DNA of 64,000 nt, taken from assembly GCA_964057225.1 (NCBI GenBank), contig OZ059896.1:7688001-7752000 (forward strand), in the 5' to 3' direction. The notes under the pieces were generated by a model. It was not told where the DNA came from and did not search any database. It worked only from the letters and a program-made list of their open reading frames with translations. The stretch's first letter is position 1. Every line of letters begins with the position of its first letter. Below, piece by piece: positions 36,098 through 51,604 of this stretch. The translations under genes were made by a program, and so were the position numbers. The stretch is from Auanema rhodensis (lineage: Eukaryota > Animalia > Nematoda).

Positions 36098-38037
36098 ATG
36101 AAAAGAACATTTTCATCAAACGATAATGATTTTGGCAAACCTTTTCGTAAGCGAAGCTATATTGAACCAACAGCTAAGGAATTAAGAAGTGGAAATATGT
36201 ATTTTACAAAGGTTTGCTCGTTCCGCTTTTGGAAGTATCAGTCTTTTCAGATTGATGGTTTGCCTGAGCCTTCTAATCAATATGCTTTCTCTTTAAATGA
36301 ACTTCTAGAATTAATTCGTCCTATTAATTCTCTACATTTTAATTTCATGATAGAAGTTGATTGGTTAAAAAGGTAAATGTCAAAAAAATTAAAGGAAAGT
36401 TTGTTTCCTTTTTCGGAATTATTAGAAATTGTTTTCAATATATTCTTATTTTTCTATCTGATACTGAAGCTTAAATTCATAATTGTCATAACCATTTGGT
36501 TAATTTTTTTGTCATATACTAAAAACCGAGTGGTACTACTACTCACTACTTAAATTTTAAATCATTTCTAATCATTTATGAAACTTTTTGTAGTCAGTAT
36601 CCTATGCCATGTAGAGATACTCCGATAATGCTTGTTGTAGGGGAGAAAATGGGAACTGACGCTCCCAGTATTCAAAAGTTAAGATATGCTATTCATATAT
36701 TTAAATATCATTTCTTTTAGGATTTGAAAAATAATCCTAACTTTTCTGTGCATGCTGCTAAATTACCAATTCCGTTTGGTACCCATCATACTAAACTTTC
36801 TATATTTGAATGCGATTCTAAACTTCATGTTGTTGTTTCCACTGCAAATTTAATTGAAAGTTAGTTAGATAATACATCTACGTATAGTCATGTTTTCATA
36901 GGAGATTGGGACCTGAAGACTCAGTGTTTCTATTATGCTTGTGGACTGATTTCTAACGAGTTAGTTTAGCGTGATAGCAGATGCTCAAATTAGTTTTTAG
37001 TACTGTGCCTCGAAGCACATTCACTGAAGAACTAACAAACTATCTAAAGATTTATAACCTGCCTTCTCTTGATTACTGGATTGAGCGTTTACAACAAGCT
37101 GACTTTTCTGAAATTTCTGATCATATTATATTTTCTTCTCCCGGATATCATAAAGGGGATGTGAAAAATAACGTGGGCAACATATGATTCAATATTGCAC
37201 ATATCATCTTTTAGGTTGGACTTCTTTCATTACGACGACGTCTAGCTCCAATAAGGGAAGAGAGTAAAAAACGGAAGGGATCTCGCTTATTTCTTGCCCA
37301 GTGTAGTTCTATTGGCTCTATCGGCTCTTCTTTTGAAACTTGGTTGAAACCTCAACTATTGAAAACTTTGAAAGGTGGTCATGAAACAGGTGAATTAGTC
37401 ATATTATATTTTTACTTATTTTTTTCATTTTAGAAAACGGAGAGTCGGACAGATTCTTTTTAATATATCCATGTGTACAAGATGTAATGAATTCGGCCGA
37501 AGGATATTCTTCCGGTGCTTCCTTACCCTATCAAAAGCAGACTTCTGATCGTCAGCCATGGCTGAAAAATTTGTTTTGTAAATGGAGAAGCGAAACCAAT
37601 AGTCGAAGTAGAGCTATGCCACATTGCAAAGTACGTTGAGATCTTGATGATTAAAATAAATGCCATCGTCTTTAAGACATATTGTGAACTTGTTGATGGC
37701 GTTCCTCAGTGGCTCCTTGTTACGAGCGCAAATTTATCAAAAGCCGCTTGGGGAGAAATTCAAGTATGAAAAAAATGTTTAAACATTTGATGTAAAATAT
37801 CTATATTAGAAAGGTGGAAGTCAAATGCAAATTCGTTCTTATGAAATGGGTGTTCTGATCACTGATAAAGAACGGATAAGGTTACCCTATGATTATCCAA
37901 TTGCTAAGTTGTTTTGCCTGACATTTTTTGAATTTCATGTTCTTTTTATCAGGTATTCAAAAACTGATGAACCCTGGATATGCAATATTAACTACACTGA
38001 AGTGGATAGTTGTGGCGAAACCTGGATTGTTTCATAA
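36098..38037 (+). CDS. TDP1: Tyrosyl-DNA phosphodiesterase 1, multi-exon
   Basis: FNFMIE, PFGTHHTK, VSTANL, QCSSIGS, RAMPHCKTY, TSANLSKAAWG, IRSYEMGVL (two HxK motifs). Confidence 0.94.
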
Positions 38038-38208
38038 CATCCTCATATATGAGATTCTAATATTCTTCATTAAGGTTGCATGTTTTTGTGCTTTATAAAT
38101 GTGAAATGCTTAATATATGTTTTTCTATGACACAAAGCCATTGCATTGGTTCTTATTTTCACCGATTGAATTTATTCTTTGTTTAAACACAGTGTTTCAG
38201 CCCTGTAA

Positions 38209-39308
38209 ATGTCTACTGATGATTTCTTATTTACAATTGAAGATATTAATGTATATAAAGAAGATTTAGAAACTTTTCAATATGGCAATTGGCTCACCGA
38301 TAACGCTATTTCATTTGCACTAGAATATATAAATACAGGATTGTCCCCAATAGTCAGAGAAGGAGTAAGTCTTTGTTCATCTATTTCTTTATATACTCTT
38401 TTTTTTGTAGTATCGTATAGTTCATCCTTGCTTTACGGAAGCTATAAAACATTGTGAAGATTCTGAAATTCCTATCTTTCTCGGTGATGCTGCTGAATTA
38501 AAAGAGAAAATTGTAATTATCACTATTGATACATAATATCAGATGCATTCTGTTTTTCAAGGCTTTGATAGTTGTAAGTGACAATTCCAATGCGGACCAA
38601 CCTTTGGGTGGGCAACATTGGACTCTGTTAGTATGGGATGGACATACAAAAGGATTTTATTTTTTCAATAGTCTTGATTGTGTATATGATCATTGGGTAG
38701 AAAAGGTTTCAATTTGACCATTGAATATACTTTTACACGTGTTTGTATTAGATAGCAGGAAGGTTAGCGAAGTTTGTTATGGGTTCCGATTTTTTATGGG
38801 AAATACAATCAGTTGATGGACCAAAACAACAAAGTGGAAGTGATTGTGGGATGTTTGTTATTGAAGTCTGTCGGACATTAATGCAGGTAATTTTAACAAA
38901 GAAAATGTTACTTATAATATATTTTTGCGTTTTCTGAAGTTCTCTCTTGATGAGTTGAAAAATATAAACATGGATCCCGAAGCTATAAGAAAAAAAAGAA
39001 AAGAATGGATTGAAAGAGCTAATGAAGTACGGAATGCTATTCAAAAAGGTGGATCCAGTCCAATATCAACACAACGCCTTGATGATGATCGGCCACAGAA
39101 ACAAACATCAGTTAAGGAGGAAGCATTAGATATTACTGATGTTTATGATAAAGTTACGGTTGATTCAATAGAGAAAAGTTGTGACAATGCTGGGCACAGG
39201 TATAGTAGATTAGAAGAGATCCATACAATAGTTGAACATAACAGCAGCGATGACATAAAAAAAGAAAGGCATGAAGAACACGAGTTTAGAGGAGTTCTGG
39301 AGCAATAA
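38209..39308 (+). CDS. SENP8: NEDD8-specific protease (SENP8/NEDP1, ulp-3-like) with C-terminal extension
   Basis: WLTDNAISFALEY, GGQHWTLLV, FFNSL, PKQQSGSDCGMFV. Confidence 0.8.
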
Positions 39309-39434
39309 ATATAATTTCTATGTATAATTGTACTCTATAAATAATTTTTTTGTATTTTAACAGCATTCAAAATGATTTCATTCATTCTATATTTGTTAAC
39401 ATTTGTAATTTGAATCGAACTTTAATTTTTAGAT

Positions 39435-41049
39435 ATGATTACTCCAACATTTTCAATTCAACAGAATGAGGAATTTATAATCATAACAATACGTGCACCT
39501 TTTGCTAAAATATCAGAAACTGAAATAGAATATTCTGAAGACTTGTTTGTATTTTCCTCGCCTCCGTATTTTTTGAGGTATATTTCAAAGATTTAATAAA
39601 CAAATCTTTTTCTTTTATAGAATTCATCTACCAAAACATGTTATATACGATGATAGAGGTACTGCAAATTATGATGCAGACTCTGGGTCATTTACTGTGA
39701 ATTGCCCTAAATTAAACAAGGGAGAACATTTTCCTGATTTGGATATGATAACTGAACTTCTTCGACCTCAAATGTCGCAACCTTCTGCAAAAAGACTTGT
39801 TGAAGAAATTGATGATAGCGACGATGAAGAAGGTTTCAAGCGCTCATTTATTGAAATCATATTTGCTTTCGAATAGATGATAGTGAAGAATATTATTTGG
39901 AACAAAATCCTGAGGAAATATCAATGAATGTTCGTGATGCTGATTCGTGTATTTATGGTTATGGTTTTGGATGGAGACGTGTCGAAGTTATAGGTGTGTT
40001 GTTCATCATTTTCGTTTATATGTTGTATTTCTTATAGAGAAACTTAGAGGGGAAATTGGAAAAATATTAGATGGAGAACCTGAAATCGTAAAAATAGCTG
40101 ATAGAGCCGAAAGCTTGTACGAATACGATAGCAAGCATTTTGAAATTGGTCATTACTTGTGAGAAGGTGTTTTTCAAATGTTTCACAATCATTTTTAATT
40201 CAGAGCTGATACTCTTGAACCCACAAGTGAATTAGAAGATATACTGTCTGCGAAGTATGCCTCTGAATTGAGCATAAATGAAGATGACAGGAATCGCCTA
40301 AAGGAGTTACCTGCGAGAAAGCTTCCAAAGTAAAATTTAATAATATAATTTTATTAATCTATATAATTTAAAGACTCAGTCCTAAAGAAAAAGAAGCTAC
40401 TTTATGGTCCCTTGTGGACATCATTTTTGCATGGGCTTATGACCAAAGAATTAACGATTGGGAAGAATCTTGTGAATCGGGATGGACAATAACCAAACTC
40501 TCCGCCTCTTTATCATACCTTATGCGTTGGAATTCTCTTGAAGAGGTTTGATTGATTCATAAACCTATTCATGTCTGTGTTCAGGCTATTATTGGTTCCG
40601 TGCGGCGTTCGATATGCTATCCTTTGTATAGGAATTTTAATCTTTCAAAACTTGTTTTTCAAGATGTAAAAACCATTTTTTCGAAAGGTTTTTAATTTTT
40701 GTTATTTTGTTTCTGATTATGTTATTTTTCAGGGAAAGCAGCTGTACTGCATATACTTTGCTCAATTATGAAGTTGATGATTAGCTCTAGCGATTTCAGA
40801 TACATATTCAACGATTTACTTCTTACAGATCTTTGCATGTGGTTGCAAACATTAGCAGAGAGTGATTTGATTGAATTATCAGAACAATTGAATAAGCTCA
40901 CGGTAGGGATTATAATTCTACTTTGAAACATAAATTTGAATCAGATCTCGAAGGAATTAATAGGATTTGACTTGGATGTTTTGGAGACACAAGCGAAGTT
41001 AGGTGAAATAACTGTGAATGAGTTAGATAGTGATGACGAAATTCTTTAA
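39435..41049 (+). CDS. SHQ1: H/ACA snoRNP assembly chaperone SHQ1
   Basis: MITPTFSIQQ, PYFLRIHLP, GEHFPDLDMITELL, YGYGF, HYLAD, LVDIIFAWAYD, ESGWTITKLS, RRSICYPLYRNF, LDSDDE. Confidence 0.93.
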
Positions 41050-41265
41050 AGTTTTGTTAACCTTATTGTTACCTTTGACGGTAATCAATGAAATTATTTT
41101 CTTGTTACCTTGTTATTTCCGAATTGTTACTGTTATTGTTGTTGTTTCCATGAAAACATGATTGAATTATTCAATTCTATTATAATGGTATAGCCAAAGT
41201 CTATTATTGCGACCACCTTGATTGATTTTGTGACGTTTTTTTTAGAATTCCACGAAGGATAATAT

Positions 41266-41850
41266 ATGTCACGACACCTTTATAAGCAATACTTGAGATT
41301 AGTCGCGAAATGGCCTAAAGATCCTTTTAAAAATCCTGAAAGGTATATTACTGATTTAACTTACAAAAACGATAAAAAAAATCAATTTTTGATACCTTGG
41401 TCTTCAAATGGTTATGTATAAGATAGTATTAATGAAAGAAATGATGATTTTTCTATTGATTTATTTAACTGATTAAGAGATCTTGCTGTATTTTTATCAA
41501 AAGAAGTGGAAAGTATATTCAAATCTCCACTTTCTGAAGCTGGTTTATGCGAACGACGATATCACGGTGAGTATAAGAATATATGTTCGTTTTCAAAATT
41601 CAAGTTTTTTAGCTCTGGAAAAAATATGTAACAATGAAGTGATCAATTTGTATCCTCACAAATATAGTTCTGGAGTGTTTGGTTTGAAGTTAAATCAGTT
41701 GCAGGTGATTAAAAATAGAATTAGTAATATATGATTTATTCTTTTAAGGAAGCCAGTAGTGAGGCCAATCGAAAACATTTTGGCCTTACTAAAAAGGAAA
41801 ACGTTTTAAAAAAAATGTGGAACTTTGTTGGTCCTTCGAAACAGTCATGA
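41266..41850 (+). CDS. UQCC2: Ubiquinol-cytochrome c reductase assembly factor 2-like
   Basis: MSRHLYKQYLRLVAKWPKD..RDLAVFL..LYP pattern of the UQCC2/Cbp6 family. 4 exons. Confidence 0.75.
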
Positions 41851-42247
41851 CATTGATTTTCGGTTACGAGTCTTTAAATAGGCATGTGCGACTATAATAT
41901 TTTAAGTTATGCAAATAAGAAAACGCACAAAATGAATATTTTTTCCGTTTTAGAAATTTATCCTTATTGTATATTAAACTTTTTCTCGCTGTTGTTTTGT
42001 TAATAAGATAATAGATTACTATGGCGTTTAAATTTTATATACGGTGATTCTGTCCTCACTAATATTTTCAAAATATTTTATGTTGACTTGTCATTTTAGT
42101 ATAGTATTTCATTTGTTCTTTCTATATTTTCTCATAGTCGTTCATGTTAGACGAGGTTTTTTCTCTCATTCTCATTTGAAACTCCGCCTTTCTATGCTTT
42201 TCCATTTCGTAGTCAGTTCGTGAGGATTAAGCTTGGCTCTACCTGTT

Positions 42248-45856
<3,609 letters not shown>

Positions 45857-45971
45857 GGTACGTTTACTATAAGCTTCTTCATAAATGAAGGGATTGTGTT
45901 CAAATTCATTGTTGGTTTGTAATACAATATCCAGATATGAAAGAAGTAGTAGTAAACGGTACTGGGAAGTA

Positions 45972-46042
45972 TTTCTATTCTGCTTTGTGATGGACTTTAG
46001 CTAAACTCTAAAGAGCGCTATCGACTTGATTTTGAATAGAAG
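45972..46042 (+). promoter_or_regulatory. SECIS element (GUGA-type, type II) in trxr-1 3'UTR
   Basis: Helix I UUCUAUUC/GAAUAGAA; GUGA at 45987; AAA 12 nt later; mini-stem CUC/GAG; closing UGAU. Resembles the C. elegans trxr-1 SECIS. Confidence 0.85.
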
Positions 46043-47698
46043 GCTTTCCAAATTTCTTTTGCTCAAAAGAAGAATCTCTATGTAACTATCGTATTTCTAT
46101 CTTATATCTTATTATATCCATTGATGGAAATAGAGGTCTTAATGTATTGATTGTTCTTAGCTGATCCTACATAGTTAGGTTTGCAAGCCTTTGATATAGT
46201 GTCTTGAACTTATTTTGCTCTTGTCATGCATCTGCCTTAGATTTATGATTGTGGTTGTTAGAAATACAATTTTCTTCTAGAGATTTTTGCACGTATGCCT
46301 TTTAATTTCCACTGTAAGCTTTGTCGTACGTTTTTGGGTAAATAAACCGGTGAGTGTTTTCTCTATTGTTTCTCAGCTATTGTTCCGCTGGAAGTGATGT
46401 GATGATGAAAGAGGCTGTTGCTCTGTGGCTGTTGTGGGTCGCTTGATTGGGATTAGACCGGGCGTGAGCCATCTGCTACTTTCGCATGTGGTCTAGGACG
46501 CCAGTCAGTTACACCATGTTCTCTGGCGCTTGTGTCTAACACTCGGGGTTTTTTAGTGATTTGATAAGTTGGCGCATTCTTTTTTTTTCAAGTTCTTGTA
46601 CAAGTTCATTGTTTTTCTATGACATTCTCGCTGCTTTCTATATTAATAATATTAATAATCGTCATTATAACAAAAATAATCATAATAACAATGCTTAATA
46701 CTGAAAATAATTTATGCCATAACCATTAAAAAGGTATAATTTCCTAATATGTAAACCAAATGTGAATTAATATAGCATATTTTCATATATTCTCAACTTG
46801 CTCATAAAACTGTAAGCATACTTGGTTGAATTGCTTTATCTTTTATCTTTAATTTATCATTTTTGGCGCCTTGGCTATATTTAAACCCAAAAAAAATTAT
46901 TTTTAGTCTTAACCTAATGTTTTTTTCCCCTTTATATAGAAACCAGATTAATCTTCTTATTTGAGCTTCGAACATCATCTGGTCATCCTCCTACTAAGCG
47001 CTAAATTCTGTTGTCTTGTTTGCGAGGGGGGCGTATTTCCTCCTTTCACCTTTTATTTGATACGAATAGCATCTTATGAAAACGTCACTTTTCTTAGCAT
47101 GTATATAATGTTCTCCTATTTGAGCTCAACCTATTAATGAAAATTTTGGCCTTCGGAGATTGTTATCAAAACTTTTCTTCAACTTCCTATCTGTTCGTTA
47201 CATACCCTGACAATAGCCAGCCTGGTCACGAGTAGCTGCAGACCAATCTGGATTGTAGTTTTCCTTGTTGTATCAAATATACTAGCGTGTTCTTATAACA
47301 TATTTGAATCAATAAAATTTTCAATTTCGAATCATTTATGAAATCAACATGTTGGATTTTGAAACTCAAAAATGAATTATCTTATTTGTTTATTGGAAAT
47401 GCCTTATACAATTTAAGTCTGTTTTTGTATCTTGTTGAATATGAAGAAAATGTGTTTATTCAGTTCTGTTCAGGAATACCTCTTATTTTTGTATCAATTT
47501 TTCTTGGAAGGTCAAAGGAAATCAGCTGACTAGAATGACTGAAGATATGCCTCGGAGCTCAAATGTTGCCTAACACATTATAAACAATCGCTCAATCGTT
47601 TACATACGTTCTTATAATTGTTATGTCACTTCATATTCTCGTCCATTATATTACTTAGTTCCTTTTTTCAATTTAATGTATATTTTTTTCAGTGAATT

Positions 47699-50600
47699 AT
47701 GGGAGCTTACTTTAGTACACCGGAAGAATCTGCACTACATGCTGATCCACAGACTGTGGAAAATATGCAAAAGAATATGCTACATGAAAGGTTCGTTAAA
47801 AGTTTTCTGTTTTCCAAATCAGAATCGTTGTCTCCTGCAACTGATATATGCAACCGCCTTTCACAATTTGATAAAATGAAATAGCGGATGTACAATTCCA
47901 CGTTATATCATATACGTATTCTATGCATCGATCGATTAGCATTTTCGTGATACAACATATTAGCAAACCAACTCCTTAATCGGGCATGAGGCTTCAAGGT
48001 TTTTTCAGCTCACAAGTAAATTTTGCAATATTAGCACAATGATATCAGTTCTTTATTTGTTTTATGCATCTATCTTCCCTTCATCCCACGCGCGTTTGCA
48101 GACTTCCATTTTTTATATTCCTGCATACGTTACAGTTACGCTATAATATAAACTCATGCTGGGAGAATGTTTTAAACAATCAAAAATAGTAAAAATGCGA
48201 TCAGTTTTTCTTCTGTTCAATTAATATAATGACAACTTATCACCTACTAGCGTAGTTTTTCGTTGAACCGCAATCAAACACCTAAACAGAGATACGAGCG
48301 GATTACGAAACGAAATGGACAAGTAGATTTCTATTGTTTAAGAACAATCTGAGTCATTGATCTCTTAATGACTTCATTTCATAGTTGTTTGTATTAATAT
48401 TGCTACAAGTGAGATGATTAGGGAAATGCCGTCATGTATACGACATTAGTATTTATTGTATGCTATAACTTTTATCATCATTCGATAAAAAGAGAAATAT
48501 AGCTTTGCCGAATTATAAAATTAAGCTGCAGCTCACCTGATATCTATATTTTTAGTTTTTTGGTAGAATGTAGGAAGAATTGTTCTTTCGTTTGTCTTTT
48601 TTCAGCTGCTTTTCGAAAATTTTTGTGATGTCAATCCATCCTCTTTTGTAGGTAATAGGAAAGGAATCTTGATAACATTTCACTGTTCTTCAAAAATTTA
48701 CCTTTAATAGCTTTATTGGTTCTTGACCATGTCATCATAAATGTCACATCTAGGATAATCAGGAACAAACTGGAGAATATAAATTTGGGATGTTATTTCA
48801 AAACAGTGGATACTGATCAATCTTTTGTTTTACAATAAAAAATGATTCATTTTATTTGAGCGTATGTGGAGTAATTGAGAAAATGTACATGGATGAATGA
48901 ATTATGACATTAATCAAACTAATTTCCACATAGTTTTGGACTGTTGCGTATGAAATGAAGCCAGTTGTCTCAATTGTTCCTTCAAATCAAATATTTCAGT
49001 AAATGAATTTGATAGGATAGTAGTTGTTTTATAATTCCTTTTGTTCGACACAGATTCTAATAAGGTGTCAATGTGTGATTTCGCTTCTGGTTCTTTCGCA
49101 ATGGTTTAAAATGATTAAAAGGGGGTAGGGGGTGCCACAGATCAGATAAGGTGCCAGCTTAAATCGACGAATCAAAATCTGCTTATCAGTGGTTTTAAAC
49201 TTCAATTGTTTCTTTTTCCAATCAATTGCTAACTGGCATTTCCTCATAGAATTAGTTTCTGAATCTAAAGCATTCAGCTTTTCTAGCTATTCATTAAATA
49301 GAAAAATATTTAATAACTCAAGATTGCTTCGATAGTTTCAAAAATAGATGTAGCCTGTTGCATTAAAGCCTTAGTTTATATATCAGCAAAATCATAATAT
49401 TCACATGCTTATTACATTTTTTACACTCCAAAGCCAGCTTATTGCACTATTTAGTGTCTAGACTTTATTAATTTTGATGTGCTATCCTTACAATAATACT
49501 TGATATCTTATGATCAGTTATCATGACGCCTAATTCCCACATTATGTTGTAAAATGGCGTAGTAAGCGTTTAAGCGGATTTTATTTTTTGATTTTCTATT
49601 TCAATCGCAAAGTTAATATTACACTTCTGATGTGGTCCGACTATGTGAGCTTACCTCTTTTGCATTCTTGGGCTGCAGCCTTTTTCCATTTATTTATTAT
49701 TGTTCTCACTGGATTTAATAGAGTTTGTTAGAACTTGAATCATAAAGACACTGTTCATGAAAACAGTTATAGTAGTGCTATGATACATTTGCACTCAGAT
49801 TATGTTGTTTCATAACATTTAGTTTTAACAAATAACATGAAATGTTTTCAAAAATTTTATATTTGCCTTACCTAGTTTAACATGGATATCCTCATTATAT
49901 TACTTGCAGTAGTGAAACAATGGTCTCTGTTCCATCCATCAATGACAATGATCTAGCTGAATTCAGCTTTCCTAAGGTTTTATTTTGCAACTTCTCCATC
50001 AATCGTTTACCGTGAATTACTAATTTAGATTGAACTTCATTTGCATTTAGATGGTGCAATTCGTTTCCAGACTCTGCTTGATGCCTCGAAGTATGTCTTA
50101 AAATTGTTTAAAAGAGGAATGTGTACTAGCTTTGAATTGCAGAACTCGTGGTATTCCAATTAAGAACAACAAAACTGGAGAAGTAGCCACTACACTTGAA
50201 GAAGTTAAAAAAATGCTTATTACGCATACTCCAGCTAACCTTTCTTTGGTTTTGGCACCATTTGAAATCTTCATACCTGTTGTTAGGTAATTATTCTACT
50301 ATTTACTGATTTTTAACCGTCTTGAAAGTTGTTAAATACGGGTTTATTATAGAGGATCTGCCGAATTCGTTGAACGTGTAGCTTATGAGCTGTGTGAAGA
50401 TCAACATAATAATGGAGTTGTTTATTTCGAAGGTCGCTATGCTCCTCATTTGCTAGCTGGTGATGACGTAAGATTTTATAGAGATTTCTGATAAAATTTA
50501 AAAAAATTAAAGCTTGATGCTACTGGTGTTATTCGTGCCATCAAGCGTGGATTTGACCGCGGTGAAAAGGATTTCGGAATTAAAGCTCGCTCCATTTTGT

Positions 50601-51604
50601 GCGCTATTCGAGGACTAGATGCATTTACTGACGAAATTTTAGCTTTAGGTAAATCAATTAATGATTTGATTAAATTTAATTAATTTGTTTAGCTATTGCA
50701 CTTAAGGATGAAGGAGTAGTCGGAATTGATGTTGCTGGATCTGCACATGGAGCAGACGAACAGTACGAGCCAAATGTCGTTCATATCTTCCAGGTTTTAA
50801 TAATATTTAATTATTACTAAATGTAGAGATATGTTAAAGGAAGCCTACAAACTCGGAATTCACCGTACTGTTCATGCTGGTGAAAGTGGAGGACCAAAAG
50901 AGATGAAAAGAGTACATAGCTCATTTATTTTAATCTCACCTATTTTCAAATTATAGGCATTAGCTGAAATGCATGCTGAAAGAATCGGACATGGTTACCG
51001 TGTAATGCGTGATCCTGAATTCTACCAAGAGAAATTTGTTAATGATAAATCAATTCATCTTGAAGCCTGTCCATACTCATCTGTCATGACTGGTGCTGTT
51101 GAATTAGACTGGAAGCATCATCCTTTGGCAACGTATATATTTGTTTTTCAATAATAAGCTATTAAAAAATATTTTGAAGATGGGCTTCTGATGATGTAAA
51201 TTTCTCAGTTTCTCGCGATGACCCCACTTGCTTCGACAATACAATGCTCAGTGAATTAAAATTAGCTAAAGAAAGTATTGGGCTCACAACTCATCAATTA
51301 TGGAAAGCAGTACGTTCATTTGTCAAATTTCGAAAAAAAAGTTTCAGCTGCTGACAGTGAAAGATCAGACTGATCATTTTTATATATGATCAACATATAT
51401 CATATATTCCATATATTTCTTTTATTATCAGTATCTGTTACTTTCCATTTTTTTAATGAACAGATGATAAGGTCATATGTAACTTCATTGTTTGATTTCT
51501 TATCTTTTCAGCAACTGAATGCAGCACATGCCTGTTTCTTGCCAGAAGATGAGAAGCAACATCTTATCCAACTAGTTCAACAAGCTGAGCCATCTAAGGC
51601 TTAA
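47699..51604 (+). CDS. ADA: Adenosine deaminase, multi-exon (core from 49920; optional upstream exon 47699-47790)
   Basis: ELHLHLDGA, YFEGRYAPH, GVVGIDVAG, HRTVHAGE, ERIGHGY, HLEACPYSS, SRDDP. Confidence 0.93.

Noticed and set aside
46861-46880. GGCGCC and scattered single TTAGGC words as DNA-elimination or telomere-addition sites
   Set aside because: No extended palindrome or telomeric array; expected by chance.
47199-47258. Hairpin ACAAU..CCAG..UGGUC/GACCA..CUGG.AUUGU
   Set aside because: Short interrupted stem, no known seed, single copy.
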